NCBI GenBank assembly: GCA_002633005.1
Contig: NMRA01000301.1
Coordinates: 372,001 to 436,000, forward strand
Source of the DNA: Phoronis australis
Lineage: Eukaryota; Animalia; Phoronida
Direction: 5' to 3'
DNA length: 64,000 nucleotides
Positions 23,454-36,812 of this stretch are shown here, piece by piece. The position numbers were made by a program, and so were the translations under genes. The first letter of the stretch is position 1. Each line of letters opens with the position of its first letter. A model generated the notes under the pieces. It made no database searches. It was not told the origin of the DNA and saw only the letters and a list, made by a program, of their open reading frames with translations.

Positions 23454-26400
23454 TCGATAAAGGCATTAGGGTCATATTCATGAACGTGGTGATCGTTGAT
23501 CGACGACATCTGACATGCTCGCACCCAGCCAAAAGTATAGGCGGGGGAGGCTCGAATTTTTCAGTGTGAGGACCTTTTAATGAAAGAAATCGACGAGGAC
23601 TAAAAAAACGGGGCCACTAGGTTCAGGCCCACGAATTGTACATGCGCAAAGAGCAATGCAGGAGCAGCAAAAAGTGCAAAAATTACATAGAAAAAGAATA
23701 AATCATATTTCCTAAATTATATTTAATCAGCTCTTCCCTATGCATAATAAAAATCAACACTTCTTTGCAAATTCAATTTTATTTTGTTTCTTAAGTCCTT
23801 AATAGGAGATTCAGTTCCAGAGCCACGGAACGTGAGACCTCTTCAAAATATCTTTTAAACAAATCCTAACGAAAGTACCATCTCACAGCGTCTACAAAGT
23901 TACTTTCCTCTGTGAGGCGCAAGAAAGGAAAGCTGTGCAGTCACCACAGAGTTTATAATTTTTCCTCCCACTTATGATAAATGCGAGCATGCTCTCACAG
24001 CCATTCAACAAACAGTTGACCGACAAGAAGGATAATTTTTTTAACGGCAGATTATCATGTGTGATTTCCCTCCGAATCTGAGGTCGACACCACAGCTGGT
24101 ATAATACAAGCCCGTGAAGCAAAGAATTTCCCAAAGAGAATTCCAAGCGCATTTTAGAATATAATTATTTGAATACTATGATACCTTTGAAACTAATTTT
24201 AATTATCGATTGCTTCTTAATTCGGCTACTGCTTGAAATCACCTTTGTGTTGATTTGTTTACATCAAAGGTCAAAGGTGACACTTACCATATAAGTGAAA
24301 TGTGCTACGCCTGTATCTTACCATATCAAACAGTGAGACGTGTTTTGTGTTGTGGGAGAAAAATCAAAGCAGTGAAGAGCAATTACCAGATCTTTTTTGA
24401 AATTTGAAACTAAAAGTAATATGCTTTGACATAAACAGAAATCCAAAATCTTTACGACCAAACCATTAAATGATGCGTAAACACATAGAATACTGTTTTA
24501 GTGATAGAGAACCACTTTGAATAATGCAATTGCGTCTGTTTTTCGTGTTCCAGGCCTCTTTAAACAAACGTATTTTGTTTTGATGACTCTGTCTCACGGA
24601 GCCAATTTCAATGTAAACGTTGCAAAATCAATCGTGTTTCGCGGATTCAGTCAATTAACAGATCGACACTGTTTTCAGTCAACACAAGCGCATTATTTTC
24701 TACCAGATTGTCTCCACTCACACACAAATACGACTCTATTTCAGACAAAAACATGGCGTCATCCTGTAATATCGGGCGTCAAAGCAATGCCAAGCAGCGA
24801 ATTCTATTTTTGATATCTTCTTCTGTTTCCTTTCCCTTAAGTTATCCCATTGATAAACAATTTTTGAAAGGACTCGCGAGATGCGGATTTCCACGACACG
24901 TTTTGTTGACATCATTTCAACCGCGAGCGCTCGCAGTGTGGAAGAGAGGATCTCGCTACCTGGTACTGGGTTAGATCATCGGTATCACAGTTGAACAGGG
25001 TTGAATTCCTCGAAACAGGCTTAGTATTGCCTGAAACTGCGAAATAGGACTGTTTTCATGAAATTGATATTTTGACTACACGTGCCGAAACCGGAAGTTC
25101 AAAACAACACAGAGTTGTTTTAAAGCACCATATTTTCTAAGCTGGCTGAATTCATAAGAAAGGATTTAATCAGCAAAATAGGATTGATTCATATTGGTAT
25201 TGAACAGGATTGGATTCATAAAATAGCATTTAATTTACAAACTAAGAATTCTTTTTATTTTAAATTATTTTTGCTGCCCATCGNTCGATAAAGGCATTAG
25301 GGTAATATTCATGAACGTGGTGATCGTTGATCGACGACATCTGACATGCTCGCACCCAGCCTAAAGTATAGGCGGGGGGGCTCGAATTTTTCGGTGTGAG
25401 GACCTTTTAATGAAAGAAGTCGACGAGGACTAAAAAAAACGGGGCCACTAGGTTCAGGCCCACGAATTGTACATGTGCAAAGAGGAGCAAAAAGTGCAAA
25501 AATTACATAGAAAAAGAATAAATCATATTTCCTAAATTATATTTAATCAGCTCTTCACTATGCACAATAAAATCAACACTTCTTTGCAAATTAAATTTTA
25601 TTTTGTTTCTTAAGTCCTTGATAGGGGATTCAGTTCCAGTGCCACGGAACGCGAGACCTCGTCAAAATATCTTTTAAACAAATCCTAACGAAAGTACCAT
25701 CTCACAGCGTCTACAAAGTTACTTTCCTCTGTGAGGCGCAAGAAAGGAAAGCTGTGTAGTCACCACAGAGTTTCTAATATTCCTCCCACTTATGATAAAT
25801 GCGAGCATGCGCTCACAGCCATTCAACAAACAGTTGACCGACAAGAAGGATAATTTTTTTAACGGCAGATTATCATGTGTAATTTCCCTCCAAATCTGAG
25901 GTGGACACCACAGCTGGTATAATGCAAGCCCGTGAAGCAAAGGATTTCCCAAAGAGAATTCCAAGCGCATTTTAGAATATAATTATTTGAATACTATGAT
26001 ACCTTTGAAACTAATTTTAATTATCGATTGCTTCTTAATTCGGCTACTGGTTGAAGTCACCTTTGTGTTGATTTGTTTACATCAAAGGTCAAAGGTGACA
26101 CTTACCATATAAGGGAAATGTGCTACGCCTGTATCTTATCATATCAAACAGTGAGACGTGTTTTGTGTTGTGGGAGAAAAATCAAAGCAGTGAAGAGCAA
26201 TTACCAGATCTTTTTTGAAATTTGAAACTAAAAGTAATATGCTTTGACATAAACAGAAATCCAAAATCTTTACGACCAAACCATTAAAATGATGCGTAAA
26301 CACATAGAATACTGTTTTAGTGATAGAGAACCACTTTGAATAATGCAATTGCGTCTGTTTTTCGTGTTCCAGGCCTCTTTAAACAAATGTATTTTGTTTT

Positions 26401-27102
26401 GATGACTCTGTTTCACGGAGCCAATTTCAATGTAAACGTTGCAAAATCAATCGTGTTTCGCGGATTCAGTCAATTAACAGATCGACACTGTTTTCAGTCA
26501 ACACAAGCCCATTATTTTCTACCAGATTGTCTCCACTCACACACAAATACCACTCTATTTCAGACAAAAACATGACGTCATCTTGTAATATCGGGCGTCA
26601 AAGCAATGCCAAGCAGCGAATTCTATTTTTGATATCTTCTTCTGTTTCCTTTCCCTTAAGTTATCCCATTGATAAACAATTTTTGAAAGGACTCGCGAGA
26701 TGCGGATTTCCACGACACGTTTTGTTGACATCATTTCAACCGCGAGCGCTCGCAGTGTGGAAGAGAGGATCTCGCTACCTGGTACTGGGTTAGATCATCG
26801 GTATCACAGTTGAACAGGGTTGAATTCCTCGAAACAGGCTTAGTATTGCCTGAAACTGCGAAATAGGACTGTTTTCATGAAATTGATATTTTGACTACAC
26901 GTGCCGAAACCGGAAGTTCAAAACAACACAGAGTTGTTTTAAAGCACCATATTTTCTAAGCTGGCTGAATTCATAAGAAAGGATTTAATCAGCAAAATAG
27001 GATTGATTCATATTGGTATTGAACAGGATTGGATTCATAAAATAGCATTTAATTTACAAACTAAGAATTCTTTTTATTTTAAATTATTTTTGCTGCCCAT
27101 CG
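23454..27102. repeat. ~1.82-kb direct tandem duplication joined at a single N (25284)
   Basis: Copy 1 is 23454-25283, copy 2 is 25285-27102. They differ by scattered SNPs and indels. Paired near-identical ORFs appear in the ORF track. Confidence 0.95.
23819..24559. mobile_element. Kolobok-like non-autonomous element (repeated in copy 2 of the duplication)
   Basis: AGAGCCACGGAACG ... TTCCAGGCCTCT|TTAA. The first ~75 bp match the reverse complement of 32370-32445. Confidence 0.6.
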
Positions 27103-27586
27103 ATGTGCAGAAGCCAACACCGAAAGCGTACGTTTTACTTTAACATAATCGAAAATCACCTAAATGCCTTTTAATAAAAAATTAGTAAGTATAGTGTTTT
27201 TGTTCCACTTCTCTGTTATGAGTAATTAAAAAATATTCCATTTTTAAATCTTTCAGTTGTGAATTACAAAACACACAATAGCTGACTTTTAAAACAGCTA
27301 ACACCGCGGTCTATCAAGAATCGGAGAAACAACGAAACGACATTTGATATAAGCAATAGTAGTAAAATTAATAATTACAACCCAAATCATACCAATAACA
27401 CACACACGCACACACACACATATATGACAGAGTGCTGGAAATCACCTGTTCGATATTCATAACGAATAATGTCATAATATGATTTTCAAGAAACACATTG
27501 AATACCAGTTCTTGCCAATCCAGATTTTTGCAATAATACTTTACAGGAAGATTTAATGTCCATTTACTGAAACTCACACCCACTTT

Positions 27587-27857
27587 TGTACAAAACCTAA
27601 CCCAAGAACGCCCAAAATCTAGCCACACGAACGCACAAAACCTAAACCCATGCATGCACCAAACCCAGCCACACGTAGGCACAAAAGCTAGCCCCACGCA
27701 CGCACAAAACCTACTTCGTACGCATGCACCAAACCTAACCCCACATACGCACAAAAGTTACCCCACGCACACACAAAACCTAACCCCCGCACGCACCAAA
27801 GTAGCTCCAAGTACGCACAAAAGCTAACCCCACGCAGGCACAAACCATGCACAAAAT
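27587..27857. repeat. ~23-bp minisatellite (GCACAAAACCTAACCCCACGCAC-like), roughly 11 degenerate copies
   Basis: Visible periodic GCACAAAA/CTAACCC motifs. Confidence 0.8.
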
Positions 27858-29511
27858 TGCGCCCTTTGCACTACGCAGTATATGTTCCAGTACCATGTGG
27901 TTATGCACCAAGTGGTTTCCATGGTGTGCCACTCGTTCACGTCGCACGAAAATTTAAGTCAATATTAAATTTCACTTCAAATTTTGTTTAGCAGAACGAA
28001 GCAGGTAGCGCACCTTTCCAGAGTTGGTGAATAAATGTTGAATTTACCTTACCGGCAAAGACATGATTATGCAATAATCCTGACAAAACAAATGTGTTTA
28101 TCAGTCGAAGGTTCAGACTCCACTCATCACGCAGAAGCCGCTATTTGAATCTACAACCACGTTAAGACAAGCAGCAGGTGAATTTCAAAATTCATTAAAT
28201 TTTAAAATAGCCACCTGTAAGACATAGTTAAAATACTTTAATAAAGCTTATACCAACTCGTCTTGATACTATTGATGTGATAATATGTAGGCTGTCGTCA
28301 GCTGTTGCCTTGGAAACGCCCTCAGTTGGCAGTATTTACGAAATAAATAATATGGTAAATTTTATTTCGATGACGATCTAGGTTGCCTGCACGGTACACA
28401 TATAACGCTTGTGAACATGACCGAGATTTTATACTGCAACCGCCTTGTAAGGACACTCATTAATAACGATACATGTGACCAGAATTCAGTATCGGGGAAT
28501 TATCGCAAGAGTTATTAATAATTCTTCTTGACTAGGTTTCCACAAGACACGGTTGAAATTATCTGCAGCAAAACGGTATAGGCTGATAGACTGTGTGCAG
28601 TACAAGTGCACTCTAGACAGGTGCTCTCGGGCGCGTTTGCCAAGAATACGCTCCTATGTTGGAATACGAATGACAAGGAATTTCTAAACTTAATCCAGTT
28701 TCGAATTAAGGGGCATGATCGGTTTTATGGTCGAAAAACGCATTTTAGGATTATCATTTGGTGGGATAGACTCCATGAGCAGAGCTGTAAAACGAACAAA
28801 ATCTGCTGTGGTTTGTGAATTTTATTACAAACATGGCTTAGTGTCCCTTCGATGTGACAACCACCGGCTGGTACTAGCTCGCTGGCTAAAACTTAGTACA
28901 GATAAACAATAAATAGCAAATATGGTTCTGTTTGCCAATAACTCACACAAACACTAGACCCATTCTCATGCTGGGATGTTTTTCAACGCGCCTGTCTGTG
29001 CACAAAGTATGCTCAGATTGTTCTGTGTTGTCGTGTGATACGACACACGTGACACAGGTACTACCAAAAATGAACGCTACCTTTCGTTGCCGTTTGAATA
29101 AGAATGAACTTACATACTGCATGGAAATAGCAATGGAAGTAATATTCGCAAGCGGATTTAACCTTTTAAAAATATGCACGCATTCAAAAACGCGGCCGGG
29201 ATGCCAATTTCAGGGCTTACGTGGACATTGTGCATCCCCAGAACATCCTAAATCCTTCAGTGGTATTTAAAGGCTTTAAGCTGTTATAAAATCTGCCAGG
29301 TGCATTATGTCAAAAGGTCACGATATAATTTTATTATTTTATTACTCCAACTGGTAATGAAATTAAAGGTAATGCCGGCTGAGAAAAATATCAATTTTTG
29401 TCTCATTGTATCTGGCTATACGCCGGAGTACAAGTACAACCATCCTACGACCCTTTGTTTCTTTCACTTATTTTCGCTTTTCAAACTGAATCGGAGAAGA
29501 AAAGCTGAGCG

Positions 29512-30723
29512 TTTGTGAAATGGCGATATTTTAATATCTCTGAAGCAATGAGTATGCACCATAAATTTGTCAGCAGCTTCATAAAATTTGGATTCTAAGA
29601 TTTTCAGTCAATGCCAGAGAATTTGCCTGTCAAAGTCAAGACGCCCGAACATTTCAATTTTTGACAGCCGAGCTTAAAGGCGTTGACAGAAACTCCCGGA
29701 AACATGGATCTGAATTTTCAAATTGTGTGCGAATATTTCAAGTCTGTGGAAATCCCGATCTCCGTGAAAATCGCGATTTCTCAAAAATAAGGCAACTATT
29801 GATTCTGTGATCACCAGTGATTAAAAAATATGATATTTTTAATGCTCAAAAATTCATATTAAGAACCCTAGAAAAATGTCCATTTTTAGCCATCTTTGGA
29901 ACATCACATCTCACTGATCGGATTCACACGAAACTTTCAGATATTATGATTTATCCAGTCTGCTCCAAAAGCTGATAGGAATTTTTGAAATGTTCCAGTT
30001 CTGCATGAGGGGCTATCAAGAATAGGACTTTTATGAAAAAAAGTTAAAGTTGCATAAAACGAAACCGAAACGATAATTCAGAAAACTAACGCTTTCTATG
30101 CTATTAAGACTTTTTAGAGGCGGGGGNTTTGTGAAATGGCGATATTTTAATATCTCTGAAGCAATGAGTATGCACCATAAATTTGTCAGCAGCTTCATAA
30201 AATTTGGATTCTAAGATTTTCAGTCAATGCCAGAGAATTTGCCTGTCAAAGTCAAGACGCCCGAACATTTCAATTTTTAACAGCCGAGCTTAAAGGCGTT
30301 GACAGAAACTCCCGGAAACATGGATCTGAATTTTCAAATTGTGTGCGAATATTTCAAGTCTGTGGAAATCACGATTTCTCAAAAATAAGGCAACTATTGA
30401 TTCTGTGATCACCAGTGATTAAAAAATATGATATTTTTAATGCTCAAAAATTCATATTAAGAACACTAGAAAAATGTCCAGTTTTAGCCATCTTTGGAAC
30501 ATCGCATCTCACTGATCGGATTCACACGAAACTTTCAGATATTATGATTTATCCAGTCTGCTCCAAAAGCTGATAGGAATTTTTGAAATGTTCCAGTTCT
30601 GCATGAGGGGCTATCAAGAATAGGACTTTTATGAAAAAAGTTAAAGTTGCATAAAACGAAAGCGAAACGATAATTCAGAAAACTAACGCTTTCTATGCTA
30701 TTAAGACTTTTTAGAGGCGGGGG
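29512..30723. repeat. ~0.6-kb direct tandem duplication joined at a single N (30127)
   Basis: Copy 1 is 29512-30126, copy 2 is 30128-30723. They differ by an ~18-bp indel and a few SNPs. Confidence 0.95.
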
Positions 30724-31908
30724 TGGGGGAGACCCGACCTCTTCCTTCGGACACGTCCAAAAAACTCCGTTGACATGCATGCTAACAATACGGCTTACAA
30801 AAAACTGTGATTGGCAACCCTTTATGTACCCGCTTCCACCATGGTCTCGTTTTGAGCGAGTAAAGTTACTGTGGGGTTTATTTTTGGCTATACAACCCTA
30901 AACTAGAATTCGACGCCGCATTGCACAGCACTGTGAGGTGTTGGTACTTGTTGGTGACGAGCGGTAACCCTAAGACTGTATTGGGTAATTTCTGATATTT
31001 AATTCCATGAAATTTGATTTACATTACAATTTTATTCACCCTTGTTCCGTACAATCTTGCCTTGAAAAATAAACCATGTCAATATAATAACATGTATTTG
31101 CCACTACTGAATGGTCTTTTTACTTGGAGAATTACAACCAGAAACACCAGCTTTCCATTGTTTGGTGGTGTTAGTGATGTTTGTATGCGTCAAATGTCCG
31201 GCGACATGACCCGTGGGATACACGTACACGTATCTCTTCGAGGCTCGTAACCTTTACTCGACCTGTGCACTAAAGGTGTCAACGCATGTGTTTTTCAACA
31301 TTTTATCTGACATTTTACACTGATTTACATTGATTATTTAGATAAACTTCAAGTTTAAATCAACTTTGCTAAATAAAACATGGCTTATATCTAACTATTT
31401 TGGCACATCGTTTATCTCCCTGTGGCTTCAGGTATGAAATACGTTGAACTTTCACATAGCATGTACAGGGAAAAAAGTAGTTTTTTTATTTACATTTGTT
31501 TGCTAGACAACCTTAATATAAATAGCGATACATAGACATGACTGTCCGAACTGTTCATATTATACTGCCAACGAAATCAATGAAAATTAAAAAAAAAAAA
31601 ACGCCTCGATATTGGTAAGCATATTGCAACGTCGTTTGTGAAATCCTTGTAGCTGGTGGTGTGTGGGGTGGCCAATAATCAGATGAGAAGTGATCAGATT
31701 GCAAATGACATCAGTTCGTAATTCCTCGAGACCATGCTGGGCGCGTTTTTGTGGGTCTGAGCAAAACTGGAGGTCCGTCCACACGAGTAGATTGTTTACC
31801 ATGGGCGGCGCACCACAGGCGGGCTGGAGGCCTATAGCCCCACTTATTTCAGTGCTGCGCCGCCCATGTTTACAACGAAAGTTGAGTCCAAATCTGACGT
31901 ATCTTTAA

Positions 31909-32445
31909 AGAGGCATGAAACGCCAATTAAACAGGATAAATTGCATTATTTAAGGTGGTTCTCTGCCATTGAAACAAAGTTTAACCTGTTCACCAAGTAT
32001 TTTTCAGGTTTGAATTTCTGTTGATGTCAGAACATTTTTCTTTTAATTTCAAAATTTCATAAAAACGATCTGTCAAGTGCTTGTCATTTCGTCGATTTTC
32101 TTCCACAAGGCAAATCACATCTCCTTATTTGGTACGACCTTATATTCGAAGTGAGACCAAACATGACAACCTGGCGTTAATATCCATCTTGTCAGTCAGC
32201 TGTTTATCGAATGATTGAGAAAGCATGCGCGCATTTATCATAGGTGGGAGGGAGATTAGAAACTTTGGGGTGACTACAGAGTTTTTCTTTAGCGTGTGTT
32301 TCAAAAGTTGTGAATTTTGTGATTTTTTCTGGAAATTTCTTCACATGGGAAAGTGAATAAGACTGAAGCAGACGTTGCGAGATGGTACTTTCTTCAGGAA
32401 TTGTTTAAAAGATATTTTTGTCGAGCTTTCACGTTCCATGCCTCT
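31909..32445. mobile_element. Kolobok-like non-autonomous element with TTAA TSD
   Basis: TTAA|AGAGGCATGAAACG ... CGTTCCATGCCTCT|TTAA (13/14 TIR match). Confidence 0.85.
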
Positions 32446-33469
32446 TTAAGGTGCGTCCAGACGCAGTCTTTTTAGTCAGATTTTCGATTTCAATTTTACA
32501 ATACTATTATGGTACGGTTAGCTAATTTCATCTTATCGAAACGCCATAAACTCAATGAAATCAATTCTAGCCTGTTCCTGTCTTGTTTTTTTCCGGCACG
32601 CACTAGTGCTGTTTATTTTGTGAAACTTTAGAACTTCTTTAGTATGACTGGCAAATTACAGTACACATTTCTTCTAAAATCCAGGAAATTTACCTTAAAC
32701 GGCAGAAGTTTTTGGAAGCTGATGTTGACTGCTTTCTTCCTCATTGTGGCCCTGTGACGTGGCCCTCAAGATGTCGTAATAAATGAGGAAAATTTTAAAT
32801 GCGCTATCGTCTCTGCTCATGACATTGGATTCTTTTCTAATAATACTCTTCTTTTTCTAGTGTCACTTTCACTATCAATTGCTTTTGCATTTCCCCAGTC
32901 AATCACGAGACTGTTTTTTCGTGCGTGATCACTTAAATGATTGGTTAAATTCATTGAGAGAGGCTTTCCTGCGCCACCTGGTGAAAGCTCTATATCTGGT
33001 CATTTCCTCAACACCCTTATGATGTTCAGCCATTCTGTAATGACGGATTATCAAAAGAAACTTCTACTGAAATCTCAACATGAAATCTCGATGACACTGT
33101 TTTATGACTGCGAAAATTGACCCATTTTTGGTCTATATAAAATCGGAATAAAGGCCCAATATAGTGGATTTGAAAAGCTTGTTTCCAAAAATTTCTAGCA
33201 CTGTAGAGCTTTTATGTATGTACATACATAAAAGTGGAGATATTTAAGAGACACCTCAACGGAGTTGGCTCAAAAGCTCAGATGGCACGCAACTTTGCTG
33301 AGACGGCAGTGACGGTGACGTTGAAATACTTGGTTGAAAAAATTATTATGTTCAATAAACTGTCGTTCTCAACGAACCCTTATTAGATTATTAGAAGGGA
33401 AATGTTTCAAAATACCAATTCTGTGGAAATGTTTCCAACTAACATCCTTGGAGTCAGAACGTGAATTGC

Positions 33470-33682
33470 ACTGTGTAACAAATGTTTGATCATAACATGC
33501 TTCACAATAACACTGCAAGACAAATGTTTGACCATGAAATGCTCCCCAATAACACTGTAACGCAAATGTTTGACCATAACATGCTCCGCAATTACATTGT
33601 ACGACAAACGTTTGACCATAACATTCTGTACGATAACACTGTACGTCAAATGTTTTACAATAACATGCTTCACAATGTCACC
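33470..33682. repeat. 42-bp minisatellite, about 5 copies
   Basis: AAATGTTTGACCATAACATGCT...AATAACACTGTA period; 14-aa periodicity in the ORF track on both strands. Confidence 0.9.
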
Positions 33683-35399
33683 GTGACTGTAAATTAAGAG
33701 TTTTGCAATAGCTTGCTCCACAATGCGGTAAATATCTCCAAAGTGTAATGTGCCTGCAGATATTCAGTATGCTCAAAATGGACAGACCCTCGAAAAAATG
33801 TCCAAACTAAGCCAAGTTGGGAACATCATATCTCAAATATTACTCTTCATGCACTGTTCCCTAGATTTAGATTGCACCTGTTTTGTATAAAGTTAAGATG
33901 CTTAAGTTTCGAAGAAAAGAATCGAAAGCTGCATGCAATAAAAACCGAATGGTAATTTAGAGGACTGTTACATTTTTGAAATGTCACCGTGAACATTAAC
34001 GCCAAATGCAATACCTTAGTGATTTTGCTATTAATGTACTCTTTTTACTGAACGTTACTAAAAGACGTGGTCACGTGACCAACCTACCGACACGTTGTTA
34101 AAAAGTCAAAAATAAAATTCTACAGGCATTTCACTTTCAAAAATAAACCTCTAAGCATTTACTGAGTGAAACTCTCTAGTTTTGTAGATATTTAGCTTAA
34201 TTTACAGACAAGTCGATAAGTTTGGGCAGCGAAAACATCCAAAATAGACAACACTGTTGAACTTGCTTATTTTGCAGTGTTGCCTATTTTGAACCTTTTC
34301 GCTGCCCATAGATAAGGTCCTACATACCCTTAAGATTTATTTTTTCGAAGTATAAATCGTGACACTTTTGAGAGTGCGGCTACAGTTTTAAATAAGAAGT
34401 GCTGTTTCGTTCAATCGATGATTATGTGGGATTGGCGCACCTGCTCCAGAAGGAAGACGAACTTGCCCTGAAGGCATGAACATCGACTTAATTAAAAAAC
34501 GAATTTGGATCACGTACTCTTTAGACGCAAATTGTGTGGGTATGCATTCTATCACGTAGTTTAGGTAGCAGCATTAGATTTTAGGATATCAGGTGCCGAT
34601 CAGATAACATGTGAGAGATGTTTACAGGTCTCAGAACCTCTTGCGTGCATGTACATACGCTCATGCCCGTAACCATGGGGGTGCGACGGGTGCAAACACA
34701 ATCCCACCGGAATGTCAGGTCCGCCTTAGCAAGTCGAATTTAATTCATATTTGTTGTACTTTTTTAATTACCTCCGTAATGCTCTTTCATGCGCGAAGTG
34801 GGCAAAAAGGTCCGCCCCAGAGAAACAAAAAGTCCGAGAAAACGAGACAAAAGTCCACTGAAAAGGTACAGACGCACAGTGAAGGTGGTACCCCGTTTTT
34901 TTTAGTCCTCCCGCTTTTTTGTCAGCAAAAATTCCACATCGCCAGAAATTCGAGCCCCCCATATTAAAGGCTGGATGCGCGCATGTCTTTTACTAAGAAT
35001 ACTTTTGTCAGCTGTCATTTTAAAAAGTACTTGAGAACGGCAAACCTAAAGGGGTAATCAACAATTGAACGGACTTCAAAACCAGCTGGCTGGACAGCAA
35101 AACCCAATGTCCGGTATTCTAACTTGGTGGTCGGACCTTTGAAACAGGTTGGTCAGTACCTCAAAACCAGATGGCCGTACCCATGGACCTAAAACGAGTT
35201 GGCCGGTGCTCAAACACAATGGCCGAACAAATTTGAACAAAACAAAAAACGGGTACGAAAAATAAAAATTAGATGTCACTTGAACCCTTCTCAGAAGTCC
35301 GACCGTCGTGTTTGATCACCGACCAACTGGCACCGGCCATCGTGTTTTGGGTACAGCCAATTAGGTTTTTGGTTAGGCCATCGCGGTATACATATTTAA

Positions 35400-35720
35400 C
35401 TGCAGAGGGAAATGGCGCTGATTTATCATCCATGTTTTTAAACATCCCCAAAACTTCTGAACAAGTGAACATTCCCAATACAAATGTAGAATTGTTTCGT
35501 CGTGTTGCTCACAGGAAAAACACGATTCAGTAACACCCATTTTCTTTAAGTAAGAATTTGTACCAATAACTCGGTGGTTGATACGGAATTGAATTTTTTC
35601 CAAGACTAAGTATCATCGCATAAGTTAATTTTAGGCATTGTTTAGAGCACTTACAAATGGAATGTTCATTATGTTCATTCACATTCTATTTGTAATAAAC
35701 TGTGGGGCAATCTAGTTGTT
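35400..35720 (-). mobile_element. L1/Tx1-type LINE ORF2 C-terminal fragment (Cys/His zinc-binding motif)
   Basis: QFRINHRVIGTNSYLKKMG...CFSCEQHDETILHLYWECSLVQKFW matches the typical L1/Tx1 CxxC...ETxxHLFWEC...FW pattern. Confidence 0.8.
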
Positions 35721-36546
35721 ATCACAGTTTGGAGTATCACACTATACATAAAAATAACCAAGGAAATGCAAGGGTGGCAAGCTCGTATCCACAATAATCA
35801 TATTGCCGTGAAATTTCCACAAGGCACCCTGTTGCACTAGGAGCTCATGGTACGAGCTCTCAAGGAAATAGATGGTTTTTCCCGGAGAATAATGCCATAG
35901 CAGAGGTATATGAAACGTCAAAGATGTTATAGTTACACAGTATACAGTATCTTTGGATACGTATTGCGCAGAAGGGCGTCCTTTTTCACTACCACTTTCT
36001 TTGCTAAAGTGTGCCTTTCCGACACAATTCTCTGTAAAAGGGTTCACTGTGGGAGTTCAGAACTCAAGGTTTCTTTTTCCACTTACACAAATTTATAAAA
36101 AAGTTTCTTTACGGTGAATGTTACCTTTAACGATATTTAAAAAAACTTTGGTTGGAAATGATGTACTTATTTTTGACTACATGCTAACTCTTTTTGTACT
36201 GTTTCAGATTACATTTCAGACGCCTAAGAATCACTACAGTAGGTGGCGTTTCAGGAACAGAACCCTTCAAAAGGATATTTCATGGAAGCTTTCTACAAAT
36301 GGATCTCTTTTAGTGTCTGCTGGGGTTGTATTCTGAGTTTGCAACCCCAGAAAAATATTTAGCCGAGCAAGCCCCCGGGAAAATATTTAGCCGAGCAACC
36401 TCCGGGAAAACACTCATTCAAATAACCGAGGGATACCTTTGCAAGATTTAACCACGGAATCTTTGACGGCATAGACACACAAAGCTTCTCTCTAGTGGAA
36501 GTGGGTGCTTCCAGTCGATAGAATACAATGGGTGTTAAACACATCG

Positions 36547-36812
36547 TCCAGGACACTTGATGTCCACCTCCGTCAGGACAGTTGAGGTCCGCCTACATCT
36601 GGACAGCTTAGTGAGGTCCGCCTTCGTCAAGACAACTAAGGTCCATTTTCGCAAGGACAACTGAGGTCAGCCTTGGCCAGGACAACTAGTGAGGTCCGCT
36701 TCCGCCTGGACAGTTGAGGTCTGCCTCCGGCAGGACAGTTGAGGTCTGCCTCCGCCAGGAAAGTTGAGGTCTGCCTCTGCCAGGTCAGTTGAGGTCTGCC
36801 TCTGCCAGGTCA
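36547..36812. repeat. ~25-bp GC-rich minisatellite, about 10 copies
   Basis: Unit GAGGTC(C/T)GCCTCCGCCAGGACAGTT, head-to-tail with no spacers. Confidence 0.9.

Noticed and set aside
33407-33721. His/Asn-rich 14-aa repeat proteins on both strands
   Set aside because: A by-product of a 42-bp minisatellite whose length is a multiple of 3; no gene context.
36547-36812. Short repeats as a CRISPR array (also 33470-33682 and 54166-54283)
   Set aside because: Head-to-tail units without unique spacers, no cas genes, eukaryotic context.
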